A DNA stretch of 63,798 bases, the filler included, from Craspedostauros australis (taxonomy: Eukaryota): NCBI GenBank assembly GCA_030167865.1. It is 11 parts of 11 records of this genome, joined end to end, with 100 filler letters (N's around TTAATTAATTAA, not from the genome) between each part and the next. Parts side by side here need not be neighbours in the genome. Positions count along the whole stretch, not along the records: positions 45,306 to 55,981 come from JALAGF010004842.1; positions 56,082 to 59,957 come from JALAGF010004843.1; positions 60,058 to 62,192 come from JALAGF010004844.1; 8 more parts are not named here. The stretch is one strand, 5' to 3'. Within the stretch, counting starts at the first letter, position 1. Each line of letters opens with the position of its first letter. The notes beneath the pieces were generated by a model. It saw only the letters and a program-made list of their open reading frames with translations. It did no database searches and was not told where the DNA came from. Shown here one piece after another: positions 50,852 through 62,292 of the stretch. The position numbers were made by a program, and so were the translations under genes.

Positions 50852-50951
50852 ATTGAAAAGGATAAAATATTACATTCTAACAAGATCGGCGCATTGAGGG
50901 CATTCCTATGGGTATAAATCTAGCTTGCGAGTATCTATATCTGTCTGGAAG

Positions 50952-52516
50952 AGATGCTGGTATCCAAATCTGTGAATAGTGTACTACAGTGCGATACGCA
51001 TCCTGCTGTAGTCTTCTGCATATCTATGCATTTGGCAGGTCGTTTTGAGAGATCCAATCAGATGCACCACTCCAAACACACTCCAAGGACTACAGCCATG
51101 GAGTTTGAAGTCTTAGATCCGTCTGGAAGCGATCTAATTCTGCAGGTATGCATATCACACAGTTGTTGGCAAGTTCCGTGATTGGTAATCCACGATCGTG
51201 GAAGATGGTGTTGGTTGATAGTCGTTCGTTTGCTATTTCATTAGTTGGCTACTCCGATCCTCTCGGTGTACGCTCGTTCTCTTGCACAATGCTCTTGGTG
51301 CTTCAATCTGTTTTGTAGATTCAGTCTCCGACTATGAGTCGGTACGCGAGATGCTCTCTTGCTCCTCTCTGTATTCTCTCTCTCTCTCAATATCGTGTGC
51401 TTCGTGCTACATGATACTCCGTGTTCGATGCGTACTCCGCACTCAACACTCCGTTCATTCAGTACTGGCTCCTACTCCAAGAGTACTTACCATTTGAAGT
51501 TCACCTTCTGTATCCATCATGCTGATCCTCTTCGGTCATCGGATCTTCGCCTCCTGCTCTGACTTGGAGACAGATGTCGACGTGGTGACATGATGACATC
51601 CTGTCGACNNNNNNNNNNNNNNNNNNNNNNNNNNNNNNNNNNNNNNNNNNNNNNNNNNNNNNNNNNNNNNNNNNNNNNNNNNNNNNNNNNNNNNNNNNNN
51701 NNNNNNNNNGAGATTCTCTTGGTACCATTGATGGATGGACGGACGATCTTCCAATTCTCTCAGAAATCGTCGATTGCAAATTTCCTCCAGAAATCTTGCT
51801 CATATTCGTGTGTTCCATTTCCGCTGTAATTCTGACGAATCACAGTATACTATCGACACGAATGTAGTTGTACCGTCCAAGTGCGTATGAGAGAATAACG
51901 GGTGAACGATGCACATATACTCGTACATCTCGACATATACTCACATGTACATCTCGACACACAGTACTGAACGGTACGCACCAAGCTGTACAGTGTTCTG
52001 AGCATACGTGTATAGAAAATGTCGATCATATTTCAATACAATAATTCGATGGCTCACAACACACTCCACAGAGTACAGCTATATTGTTTGATGCCATACA
52101 GGCGTCAACAAGGCATATCGGCATGCGCCCAGGTGATTCACATGTCACAGCGCTGCCAAGTGCCACTGGACATCAGCATCTGTAGAATTACATCTTTCCA
52201 AACAGATCTTGGTCTTTCAACTCCATGGCCATCGCCTTTGGAGTCTGCTTGGAGTAGTTTCACTGGTCGCATCTCTCAAGACGGCTGGCCGGATGCACAG
52301 ATATGCAGAATACTGTACAGTGCGATGCGAACTGCACACTCCCGGCCCGCGCAGTGCTGGGGAATATCAGCATCTGCACATATCGATCATTTCCGTACAG
52401 ATCTAGGACCCCAAACTCCAGGATCGTACTCTTTGGAATGTGCTTGGAGTGGACACAGCGTTGGATTGGTATGTGATCGAAATTTTCTGCGTACATGTGC
52501 TCAGAACATCGTATAG
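50952..52516. repeat. Array of diverged ~100-200 bp units in both orientations, interrupted by an LTR
   Basis: 50952-51150 resembles rc(52180-52374); 51986-52080 resembles rc(52425-52516); unit core ctccatgg...tttggagt.tg.ttggagt. Confidence 0.6.
51164..51959 (-). mobile_element. Solo LTR, Copia family A, with a CACAGT target-site duplication
   Basis: Complete LTR in reverse; cacagt at 51158-51163 and 51960-51965. Confidence 0.9.
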
Positions 52517-52532
52517 CTTGATGTGCAACGAT

Positions 52533-53340
52533 TGTCGAGATGTACATGTGAGTATATGCCGAGATTTACGAGTATATGTGCATCGTTCACCCGTTATTCT
52601 CTCATACGCACTTGGACGGTACAACTACATTCGTGTCGATAGTATACTGTGATTCGTCAGAATCACAGGGGAAACGGAACACACGAAAAGGGGCAAGATT
52701 TCTGGAGGAAATCTGCAATCGACGATTTCTGAGAGAATTGGAAGATCGTCCGTCCATCCATCAATGGTACCAAGAGAATCTCGAGGTACTTCCCAACTAA
52801 ACCTCAGATGANNNNNNNNNNNNNNNNNNNNNNNNNNNNNNNNNNNNNNNNNNNNNNNNNNNNNNNNNNNNNNNNNNNNNNNNGTCGACAGGATGTCATC
52901 ATGTCACCACGTCGACATCTGTCTCCAAGTCAGAGCAGGAGGCGAAGATCCGATGACCGAAGAGGATCAGCATGATGGATACTGAAGGTGAACTTCAAAT
53001 GGTAAGTACTCATGGAGTAGGAACCAGTACTGAACGAACGGAGTGTCGAATGTGGAGCACGCATCGAACACGGAGTATCGTGTAGCACGAAGCACACAAT
53101 GTTGAGAGAGAGAGAGAGAGAGAGAGAGAATACAGAGAGGAGCAAGAGAGTATCTCGCGTACCGACTCATAGTCGGAGACTGAATCTACGAAACAGATTG
53201 AAGTGCCGAGAGCATCGGGCAAGACAACTGGTGTACACTGAGAGAATCGGAGTAGCCAACTAATGAAATAGCAAACGAACGACTATCAACCAACACCATC
53301 TTCCACGATCGTAGGTTACCGTGAGCGGAACTTGCCAACA
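52533..53340 (+). mobile_element. LTR, Copia family A (no matching TSD)
   Basis: tgtcgagatg...cttgccaaca; flanks aacgat / aacctt. Confidence 0.88.
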
Positions 53341-55384
53341 AACCTTGTCCTCTCCTTACTGGCTAAGGATTGGCCGGGAGCCATGCTGGCCAAGCCCTTG
53401 GGTCCCTGGAGAGTTTCGGACAAGTTCCCTGCGCGACAGAATTCGGCCGGCAGTCTCCAGATCCATCGCAGAGGCCGGCAGCCGCAACTGGTCCGGCGCT
53501 CGGAATACAGGTGCCGCAAAATCCGGGGAGAAGCTGTTGCAGACGTGGTTGAACACAGAGGCACAATGGTGGTCCTCTCTCTGGGCCCGGTGGTATCGCT
53601 GAAGCCGGCAACCACGCTCCAGGACCACATCAGCAGGCTGGGAGGTCTCGCTGGGCCCATGCTCCGGCACGTCCGCAACTTTGGGCCCCTGCCTTCATCG
53701 CGTCTGCCATCTCTGAACACAGGTGCGTGGCCTGCAGCGACGCTTCTGCTAAGGACTGTAAGGGCGCGGCGGCGATAGTAATTCAAGACAGTATCGACAA
53801 GCCGGCCTCGGGAATCATCATCAGGTCGGAGGTGCCAGAGGGTTCGCAGGCCATGACTTCCAATCGAGCGGAGACGGCTGGTGTTCTCCTCTGCATTCAG
53901 TTCCTGCGGGCGTTCGCTCAGTGGTCGAATGTGACGGGATCAGTGATCATTGCATGCGACAACATGCAAGCGATCCGGGCAGGCCAGCTCAGCAGCCATA
54001 TCTCTGCCGACGATGCCGACTACGACCTACGGCAGGAGATTCAGCGCCAGCTGCGGTTCCCGGGGGTCCAATTTAAGGTCCAACACGTCAAGGGCCACGC
54101 GGATGCCATGTCCAACCACCGGATGTCGGACTGGGAGGTACTCAATGTGGTTGCCGATCATGAGGCTGGCGAGCACTGGCGGTCCCTCCAACAGGATGGC
54201 CGATGGGGTGCGGTGGCAGGATCGCCGCAGTCTGCCGGCTGGGTAGTGTCCAGTGCCGCAGGTCCCTTGTCGGAGGCCAGCTACAATGCGGTGTCGCAGG
54301 AAGCGGCCACGGCCAGCTTACGACTCAAGTGGCGACAAAGATGGGGCACTGATGACCGCTACGGCGTGGATTGGAGGCCCATGTCCAAGGCGTCCGGCCG
54401 ATGGTCTGGGGGGCAGCACAGAGCCATCCTCAAGCTGGCATCGGGTAACGCGGCTTCAGGTCGCAACATGTGCAGGCGACAGCAGTCCGACTCAGGAGCG
54501 TGCCCACGATGCGGAGCGGCTGAGGACAATCAGCATGTCGTCCGATGTCAGAGTGATGCCAGCAAGGTGATCTGGGAGGAGTGCATCCAATGCGTTCGTA
54601 ACGTCATTCAGCCTCCCAAGGTTCGAAGGGAAGCTGCCCAGCTGCTGGTGAAAGCCCTCCGAGTTCTACAACGGGGAGGCAACCCCTCGCAAGGCATCCG
54701 GCGAACGGCCACGCATGGCATTGAGGTTGCCCAGAACGGAGTGGGGTGGGATGGTCTCATCTGGGGCGGCTGGTCCGACGAGTGGGAGAAATTCAGCCCG
54801 AATCCTGCGCCTACAGCTGGTCGAAGAAGACCGGTTCATTGGCAAGCCGAAGTGACCCATGAACTTTGGCTTATGGTGTTGCAGCAGTGGGCGAGCCGAA
54901 ACCAGCAGAAGCACAACGCAGCCACTCATGACACTATGGCCCAGCGCATGGGGTTCTACGGTCGCGCCATTCGGGAGTTGTCCATACAGTCCTTGCCAGT
55001 GCATCTCCGCCAGCTCTCCCACCAAGTACCCACAACGGCCTCCCGGCAAGCAGAGTGGCTGCTGACCTTGCTCCATGCCATGCCTCACATTGCCGCCACC
55101 GTCCCCCCTCCCCAGCTTGCGTGGATGCGGCGCCAAGCCTCCGCAGCCCCCGGCCACGGCTGCCCCGCCAGCCTTATGCCGCGACGACCGAGTAGGCGAA
55201 GCCAGGCCCTAATGCACGCGCCGCCATCGCGTCCCAGTCATCCTTCGCCCTCCTACACAGACAGCCTCTGATACTACAAGACAATTCCGTTCCCGCTGCA
55301 TAACTCATGCAGAATAAACGAGGCGGCACAAAAGCGCCCTCGGCGCATAGGTAAAACTATAATCATTGTGGTACAACAACAACA
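53341..55384 (+). mobile_element. 3' part of a non-LTR retrotransposon with RNase H and a CCHC finger (Ambal-like), frameshifted near 53725, with a (CAA)n tail
   Basis: SDAS, SNRAETAG, ACDN, HVKGHAD, LNVVADHEA; CPRCGAAEDNQHVVRC; LW....W..RN...H; ends acaacaacaaca. Confidence 0.82.
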
Positions 55385-55643
55385 GACGCAAGTCAAGTAA
55401 TCATAAATCAGCCTTTCACACTATTACAAGAACGGTTTCCGACTCATTCAACCGCGCTGCTGCTGCCGTGGCTCCAATAAAAAGTGTCAAACAAATACGT
55501 AGCCTGATGGTCCGAACCTAGAGATAGAAAGATGGCACAAGTGTGCAGAGAGTACATGTACCACACCGCTATTCTCCCTCCCCCGACGAACGCAGCAGCA
55601 TTGGCGGTATTGTCGCCACGACTATGCAATACTTGTATCACGA

Positions 55644-55981
55644 TTAACTTAACGCATGCGGTTTATCCATGGCAGCCTGAAGGATCGCCAACCAGGGATC
55701 CGCATCATTGTGTGGCAGTTTCAGCATTTTCACTGTGCGGTTTCCCATGTTCTCATCGAATCGCACAATCGTCCACCCGAAAGCGCCTTGCCTGACTTTG
55801 ATAGTACTGAACGGCATGATGTTTGTGATGCGATGGTGTGCGTGCCTCATCCAAGCAGCCGCGTTCGACAAAGAAGATGTAGAACCAATGAAGATGTCGG
55901 ACTGAATCATGTCAGCAATGGCATCTGTGACGGTCGCCTTACTGTCTCGGCCCATCACAGACACATGCTGGAGATCATTGT
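55644..55981 (-). CDS. 3' end of a third glycosyltransferase copy, apparently identical to copy 1
   Basis: 55538-55981 matches 45306-45749. Confidence 0.7.
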
Positions 55982-56081
55982 NNNNNNNNNNNNNNNNNNN
56001 NNNNNNNNNNNNNNNNNNNNNNNNNTTAATTAATTAANNNNNNNNNNNNNNNNNNNNNNNNNNNNNNNNNNNNNNNNNNNN

Positions 56082-56164
56082 CCAAGTGCGTATGAGAGAA
56101 TAGCGGGTGAACGATGCACATATACTCGTACATCTCGACATATACTCACATGTACATCTCGACA
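56082..56164 (-). mobile_element. 5' end of a family A LTR placed inside the pol region of a family A element
   Basis: rc = tgtcgagatgtacatgtgag directly after LHRMLGHAPLET. Confidence 0.85.
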
Positions 56165-59100
56165 TGGTCTCGAGTGGCGCGTGGCCGAGCATTCGATGCA
56201 AGTTCACCATGCTGATCTCCTTGGATGGATTTTTGATGATGGCTGTGCAAGCCTTGTCGTCATCTGTTGGCATGATGGGATGCATCTGCACTCCCGTGAT
56301 GAATCCGTTGGATGTAGGGAAGACTCGATCGAACACGATCTTCGTTCCGGATCCGTTGATGATGTCCATCAGAATGCCGTTGTTACCAAGCTGGTAACCA
56401 TTGTACAGAGCCTTGTTTGTTGAGAAAAGGTTCACCGCCATTTTCGGTGTGTACTTCACATCATCGAGCCAGATGATGTGGCCAGTGTTGTCTTGTTGCT
56501 TGACCTTCAAGCGAATGGATCCCATTTTGGGAGAGTCCAGTTTTGTGCTGTCTCCCACTTGGACAAAGGACTTGATGTGCCACATGTTGAAGAGGGCGGC
56601 GTCTGAGTTGACGATGTGACACGAAGCTCCACTGTCGGCGAGCCAGGTGTCCTTGTTGACCTTGTCCATGTATCTGGTGCTCAGCTTGTGGAGCTGCTCC
56701 ACGGCTGCTGCAGCTATCTCGTCGTCGAAGCTGCCGTCATCGTCATCTTCGTGAGCTCCATCTTCGTTGTATGGATTATGATGGTTCTCGTCATCCATGC
56801 CGTCATCGCTTGGTAGTTCTGCGTAGTCTGACGGAACCGTGCTGTTCCGATGGATTCTGGCCCCTGTGTCGTATGGCGCGACGTGTGGTCGCTCGCACAG
56901 GAGCATCTGCATGCATCCTCCAAGGATGTAGTGTAGATCCAATTCTGAGAGTTGATCCTCTTCTGCTGCCTCCAATAGTCGGTTGAGGATGGCTGCATTG
57001 GCGAGTATCTCTTCAATCGACTTGAAGTTGTCGGACAGGATGGTGCTCACCATGTTCACCCATATGTATTGCATTGGTTCGTTCACGAATCCTGGGAACA
57101 TTGGCAGTGCAGCTGTTAGAACCGCGTCGTAGATGAGCTGCTTCTGCATTCGTTTTGCAGTGACCGTTGGTTCCGGGAAGGTCTGGAGTCGGTAGGTGTC
57201 GTTGACTCTTCTGGGATTTGGTTCCGGTGGGAATTGGATTCGAATTGGGTAGACGACAGCTTCGTAGGGATTGAATGCATCGCTCGGACGGTCCTCAGCT
57301 TCGTCGCTGTCCTCTTCGTCGAAGATGCCCGTTCTCTCGTTTCGCATTGCTGCGGGGGGCGGCGCTTCACTGTGGTTCCCCTTGTCTCTGGTGACATCGT
57401 CGTCGTCTTCGTCTGCGCCGTCTTCGTCTGCGTCTTCATCTGCACCGTTCTCGTCGGCGTCTTCGTCGTCTTCGCTCATGGTCTCCTCGACGTTGATGTC
57501 GATGGCTTCGTTACCCATCTCAGCTCCGTCACCGTATGGACTGATCAGGTTGTTTGCGTTGAAGCAGCATTCGTAGCTCACTTCGCGTCTTGGATCCACC
57601 TTGTGGATGATGGGCTCCTCACTGAGCCACTCCGGGACGATCTCATCGTCCTGTACTTCGTTGTCACTCCGGACGCACTCAAAGTTATTGAAGAAGGAGT
57701 CTTCGATGTAGTCGTCGGACACCAACATGCAGAGCGGCATGTCCTTTGCCGAGAGTACCATCTCGTGCCCGCTCTTGTTGTGTCCTTCCGTTGCCGTGTT
57801 GGCTTGTTCGTTGGCCTTCTTGTTCTCGTTGAACTTCTTCTTTCGGCACTCCGCCTCGCGATGTCCAAAGATGCCGCAGTAGTTGCACTTGCCATTGAAG
57901 CCACTTCCCTTGTTGCGGTTGTTGTTGCGTTTTCCGTTCATTTTGTTGTTGTTGTTGTTGTTGTTTTTCTTGTTGTTCGATTTCTTGCGTTCTGGGCAAT
58001 CGGCGGATCTGTGACCATACACACCACAGATGTGGCAGGTCCCCTTGAAGTTACCGGTGCTTGTGAAGCCGGTGTCATTGCTCTTCGTGTTGCTGTCTTG
58101 GAAGTCGTCGATGTACGCCTTGCCTCCTTGATGAGTGGCGTGTGCTTCATGGAGTACTCCTCTGATCGCGTTGATGGTAGCCACTTCCGGATTGAACGTG
58201 AGTTGGTGGTTGAAGCTCACGACGTGTGTCTTGTATTCCATGCTTACCGTACTGAGGATTTGCATGATCATTTCCTCGTCAGTGATCGTGTATCCAACAT
58301 CGTGGAGACGAGAGCGTAGTATCTCGAGTTGTGTGATGTACACGTCGGGGTCTGTGTTTCTCTTCATCTTTTCGTTGTTGAATTGGCGCTTGAGTTTGAT
58401 CTTCGTCACTGCGTCGGATGGGCGGAACTTCTCCGCGAGAACGTTCCATGCTGCGTGTGGATCCCCCTTGGGGTAATCGTCGGAGATGCACTAATTGATG
58501 TATTGGATGGCCTGCTTGCCCTTTCCCTTCTCTGCATCCATCATGAGGATCAGATCGCTGAAGCAGTCGCATCCCAGCTCGTAGGTTTCCTCCAGTGCTT
58601 CCCTGTCTGCTTCGGTGGCTGCTGCGATCTCGCTCATTGTTGGGATCTTCGTCTTGCCCAACATCACGTCTCTCGTCTTCTGTGCACGAGCGTATGCCTT
58701 CGCTTGGGACTCCCATGCGCTGTAGTCTTCTTGTTCGCCGCTGAACATCGGCGCCTTGATGCGTCGCTTGCTCGTGTTGGCTGATGTCGCCATCTTGTCT
58801 TGTTGTTTCGTTGTTGGTGCGCTCGCGCCCTTGATTTCCGTCTGTTTCTGTGTTGTCACTTTTTCGAATTTTGCTTGTTGTTGCGCGGAGATTGTTTTCG
58901 TCACAAATTCTCCTCCTGGTGTCTCAGTTTTCTCACCCTGTTTGGCTGTGCGAATGCTCTTCGTCACACCAGTCTCCTCTTGCTTGGCCGCCTTGAGAAT
59001 CCTCTTCTTCTTGCGGTGTAGTCTTGCAGACCGTTCTTCTTCGGTCTCGTCAATTGCGCTTGCCTCTGCGCCTGATAGGACAGTAGCCGCAGCTGCTTCC

Positions 59101-59195
59101 TTCTGTTGTCGTGGTGGAGTCTCACTCGCACCTTCTTCTTGCTTGATAGTCGGGTTGGACAGAGGGATGTCTCTCAATTCCTCTTCCTCGCTCAT
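56165..59195 (-). mobile_element. Copia family A gag-protease-(pre-integrase) with an in-frame TAG at 58491-58493
   Basis: Zinc knuckles CHICGVYGHRSADC and CNYCGIFGHREAEC; protease WLADSGASCH; NLFS; LHRMLGH; the other copy has CAN at the stop position. Confidence 0.9.
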
Positions 59196-59277
59196 TCAGC
59201 CTGCTGCTCTTGAATGATGTTTGTCTTCCTCGCACGATCCGATCCGCGGGCTTGCCCTGATCTATCGTTTATAAACG

Positions 59278-59789
59278 TGTTGGCAAGTTCTGTAATTGGT
59301 AACCTACGATCGTGGAAGATGGTGTTGGTTGATAGTCGTTCGTTTGCTATTTCATTACTTGGTTACTCCAATCCTCTCGGTGTACACCTGTTCTCTTGCC
59401 CGATGCTCTCGGTGCTTCAATCTGTTTCGTAGATTCAGTCTCCGACTATGAGTCGGTACGCGAGATGCTCTCTCGCTCTTCTCTGTATTCTCTCTCTCTC
59501 TCTCAACATCGTGTGCTCGTGCTGCACGATACTCCGTGTTCCATGCGTACTCCGCATTCAACACTCCGTTCATTCAGTACTGGTTCCTACTCCATGAGTA
59601 CTTACCATTTGAAGTTCACCTTCTGTATCCATGCTCCTGATGCCCTTCGGTCATTGGATCTTCGCCTCCTGTTCTGACTTGGAGACAGATGTCGACGTGG
59701 TGACATGATGACATCCTGTCGACGTCAGTAGGCGTCCTTCTGCTCTCCAGATGTCACATTCCATTGGTGATGCAGGAGTCTGTCAGATG
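59278..59789 (-). mobile_element. Truncated 5' LTR of the family A element
   Basis: rc of the LTR 3' two-thirds; homology stops at ~59789. Confidence 0.85.
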
Positions 59790-60057
59790 GAGGAATGAAG
59801 AGTGAGGAAGAAACAGGCAAGTGAGCTCGCGAGCAGTATTCCAATCAGACACAGGAAAAATGCAAGAACAGCAACCAGCAACTACGAGATGAAGTGACAC
59901 AGACACAACAAGATTCCAATGGAGATGGAGATGAAGGCTTCAAAATGCCATGAGCAANNNNNNNNNNNNNNNNNNNNNNNNNNNNNNNNNNNNNNNNNNN
60001 NTTAATTAATTAANNNNNNNNNNNNNNNNNNNNNNNNNNNNNNNNNNNNNNNNNNNN

Positions 60058-60188
60058 GAGCATCGGGCAAGAGAACGGGCGTACACCGAGAGCATCGGAG
60101 TAGCCAAGTAATGAAATAGCAAACGAACGACTATCAACCAATACCATCTTCCACGATCGTAGGTTACCGTGAGCGGAACTTGCCAACA
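60058..60188 (+). mobile_element. 3' end of a family A LTR
   Basis: ...cgtaggttaccgtgagcggaacttgccaaca. Confidence 0.85.
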
Positions 60189-60629
60189 CTCGTCGTTGTT
60201 CCGTTCTCGGGTTTTGTTGAATCTGATGATTGATCGAATCTGATGGAATATTTAAAACATATTTCATTCCTGTAGACCTGGTAGGTAAGGTCTTGATGTG
60301 ACGTCACGTGTGGTGGATACTGTGGTATCCGCTGGTATCGCGGTATCCTGGCGTCGTAGTATCGCAGTGTCTTCGTGGTACAGCGATGGTATCGCTGTGA
60401 CGTCATAGTTTTGTGTCGTGATTTCGCCACCAAATAATCTAGATGGCGGCAAGCAAGTGTGACTGATGCATACACATCCGAGTACACACATTCCGACAAT
60501 CTACTTCAACGATCTGGATCAGTTCCCAAATGTGGGTTCGGATGAGCTCGGCAAACGATCGAATGGACTGCTGTCGACTCGAATGGTTCGCAGTGTCCTC
60601 CACCAAGGTAGATACTAGTTTAGCTCTAT

Positions 60630-61040
60630 TACCACGAGGGCGACATCTGTCTCTTCCTCCATGCCGTCGGTCGCCACGTTTTGCGGCCTCGGCTTCTCGC
60701 ATCACTGCTTTCAACTTGAAGCAGTCGAGGATCTTGTGCCCCTTCTTACCGCAGTACTTGCAGTTTCCGTTGAACTTGTTCTTGACAGGAGTGTCGCCTT
60801 TCTTGTTGTTCTTCTTCAAGGCCTTGCCGTTTTTGTTCTTTGGGGGAGAGGGGCAGCCCGCCTTCTTGTGTCCATAGGCACCGCAGTTGCGGCAGTACCC
60901 TTTGAAACTGCCGGTGGCAGTGAGAGCCATTTCCTCTTTGGTGTCGCTCTCACGGCAGTTACTGCCTTGCTTGATGTGACGTGCGTCGTAGGTGGCACTC
61001 ACTGCTTCACGGATGTCCTCGATTGCCATCATGTCTTCGA
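60630..61040 (-). mobile_element. Copia family C gag fragment (frameshifted), cut by a family A LTR start at 61041-61064
   Basis: EDIREAVSATYDARHIKQG, CRNCGAYGHKKAGC, CKYCGKKGHKILDC; homologous to 62560-62970. Confidence 0.82.
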
Positions 61041-61064
61041 TGCCGAGATGTACATGTGAGTATA

Positions 61065-61892
61065 TGTTGGAAATCCGGGGTGGTGTGATAGTAGAGAACT
61101 AATCGTTTGTTAGAATCTACTTCTCTGAACTGTGAGCTCTTCATTGCTCTNNNNNNNNNNNNNNNNNNNNNNNNNNNNNNNNNNNNNNNNNNNNNNNNNN
61201 NNNNNNNNNNNNNNNNNNNNNNNNNNNNNGCAAATTCATCATGGACATGCATGCACCACCGAGTACCCCATATTCGTGCACATTAGCACGTTGTCCACCG
61301 CTGATAGTTTCGATGCCTTAGACATCACCGAGTCGTAGGCATGACACAGATCGGCTCATTCGATCAGATCACGATCTCTCATCCGTTGCGGGAACGCCTT
61401 GGTTGGGAGCTCGTTCAGCTCCTTGATCATCAGACATCTCCGATCATCTCCGATCAACTCTGGTCGACTCCGATCGTTTCTGATTGTTTCTTCGCCGATC
61501 ACTTCACCGNNNNNNNNNNNNNNNNNNNNNNNNNNNNNNNNNNNNNNNNNNNNNNNNNNNNNNNNNNNNNNNNNNNNNNNNNNNNNNNNNNNNNNNNNNN
61601 NNNNNNNNNNNNNNNNNNNNNNNNNNNNNNNNNNNNNNNNNNNNNNNNNNNNNNNNNNNNNNNNNNNNGACATACACGTGTGATTCGCATTCCTGCATTG
61701 GAGTCATGAACGTCAGGCATGGTTCGCATTCGGCACGTGGCGTTCTCCACTGCGAGTTACGTGCAGCTCACATTTTTCTGTGTCACGATGATCAAAAGTG
61801 GGAGTTGCGGTAATGTAGAATATCCCGACGTTCGGCTCCTTACCCTTGGGAGGTGCGGCAATATGGTGTTTCAGAACACCCGATTCCTGACA
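61065..61892 (-). mobile_element. 3' LTR of a family B Copia element
   Basis: On the minus strand a purine tract ATGGAAGGG precedes TGTCAGG at 61892; ends ccccggatttccaaca at 61065. Confidence 0.72.
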
Positions 61893-61930
61893 CCCTTCCA
61901 TTGCCGCTCCAACCATATCATCCACCATGT

Positions 61931-62192
61931 TCAGTCCANNNNNNNNNNNNNNNNNNNNNNNNNNNNNNNNNNNNNNNNNNNNNNNNNNNNNNNNNNNNNN
62001 NNNNNNNNNNNNNNNNNNNNNATGTTATCTTCCGACTTCACGAATCGAGCTCTCGCCTCCTTGTTAGCAATCAGCTCTCTGATGAAGTGGTTGCGTATAT
62101 CGATGTGCCTCGTTCTCGCTGATGTCGATGGATTGGTGGCGATGAAGATCGCCCCCACGTTGTCGACCATCACATCTGCAGGTCTCTCCATC
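61931..62192 (-). mobile_element. Copia RNase H C-terminus
   Basis: VDNVGAIFIA...RTRHIDIRNHFIRE...FVKSEDN. Confidence 0.9.
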
Positions 62193-62292
62193 NNNNNNNN
62201 NNNNNNNNNNNNNNNNNNNNNNNNNNNNNNNNNNNNTTAATTAATTAANNNNNNNNNNNNNNNNNNNNNNNNNNNNNNNNNNNNNNNNNNNN

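Noticed and set aside
58491..58493. Programmed stop-codon readthrough in gag
   Set aside because: The stop lies mid-capsid and the sister copy has CAN there; a simple C-to-T mutation explains it
60300..61510. Short ggtatc/cgatc repeats as a CRISPR-like array
   Set aside because: Irregular, no constant repeat-spacer period, inside LTR-type DNA, no cas genes
11928..62292. Recurring TTAATTAATTAA as a biological repeat or recombination site
   Set aside because: Always centred in fixed-length N blocks; it is a contig-joining linker
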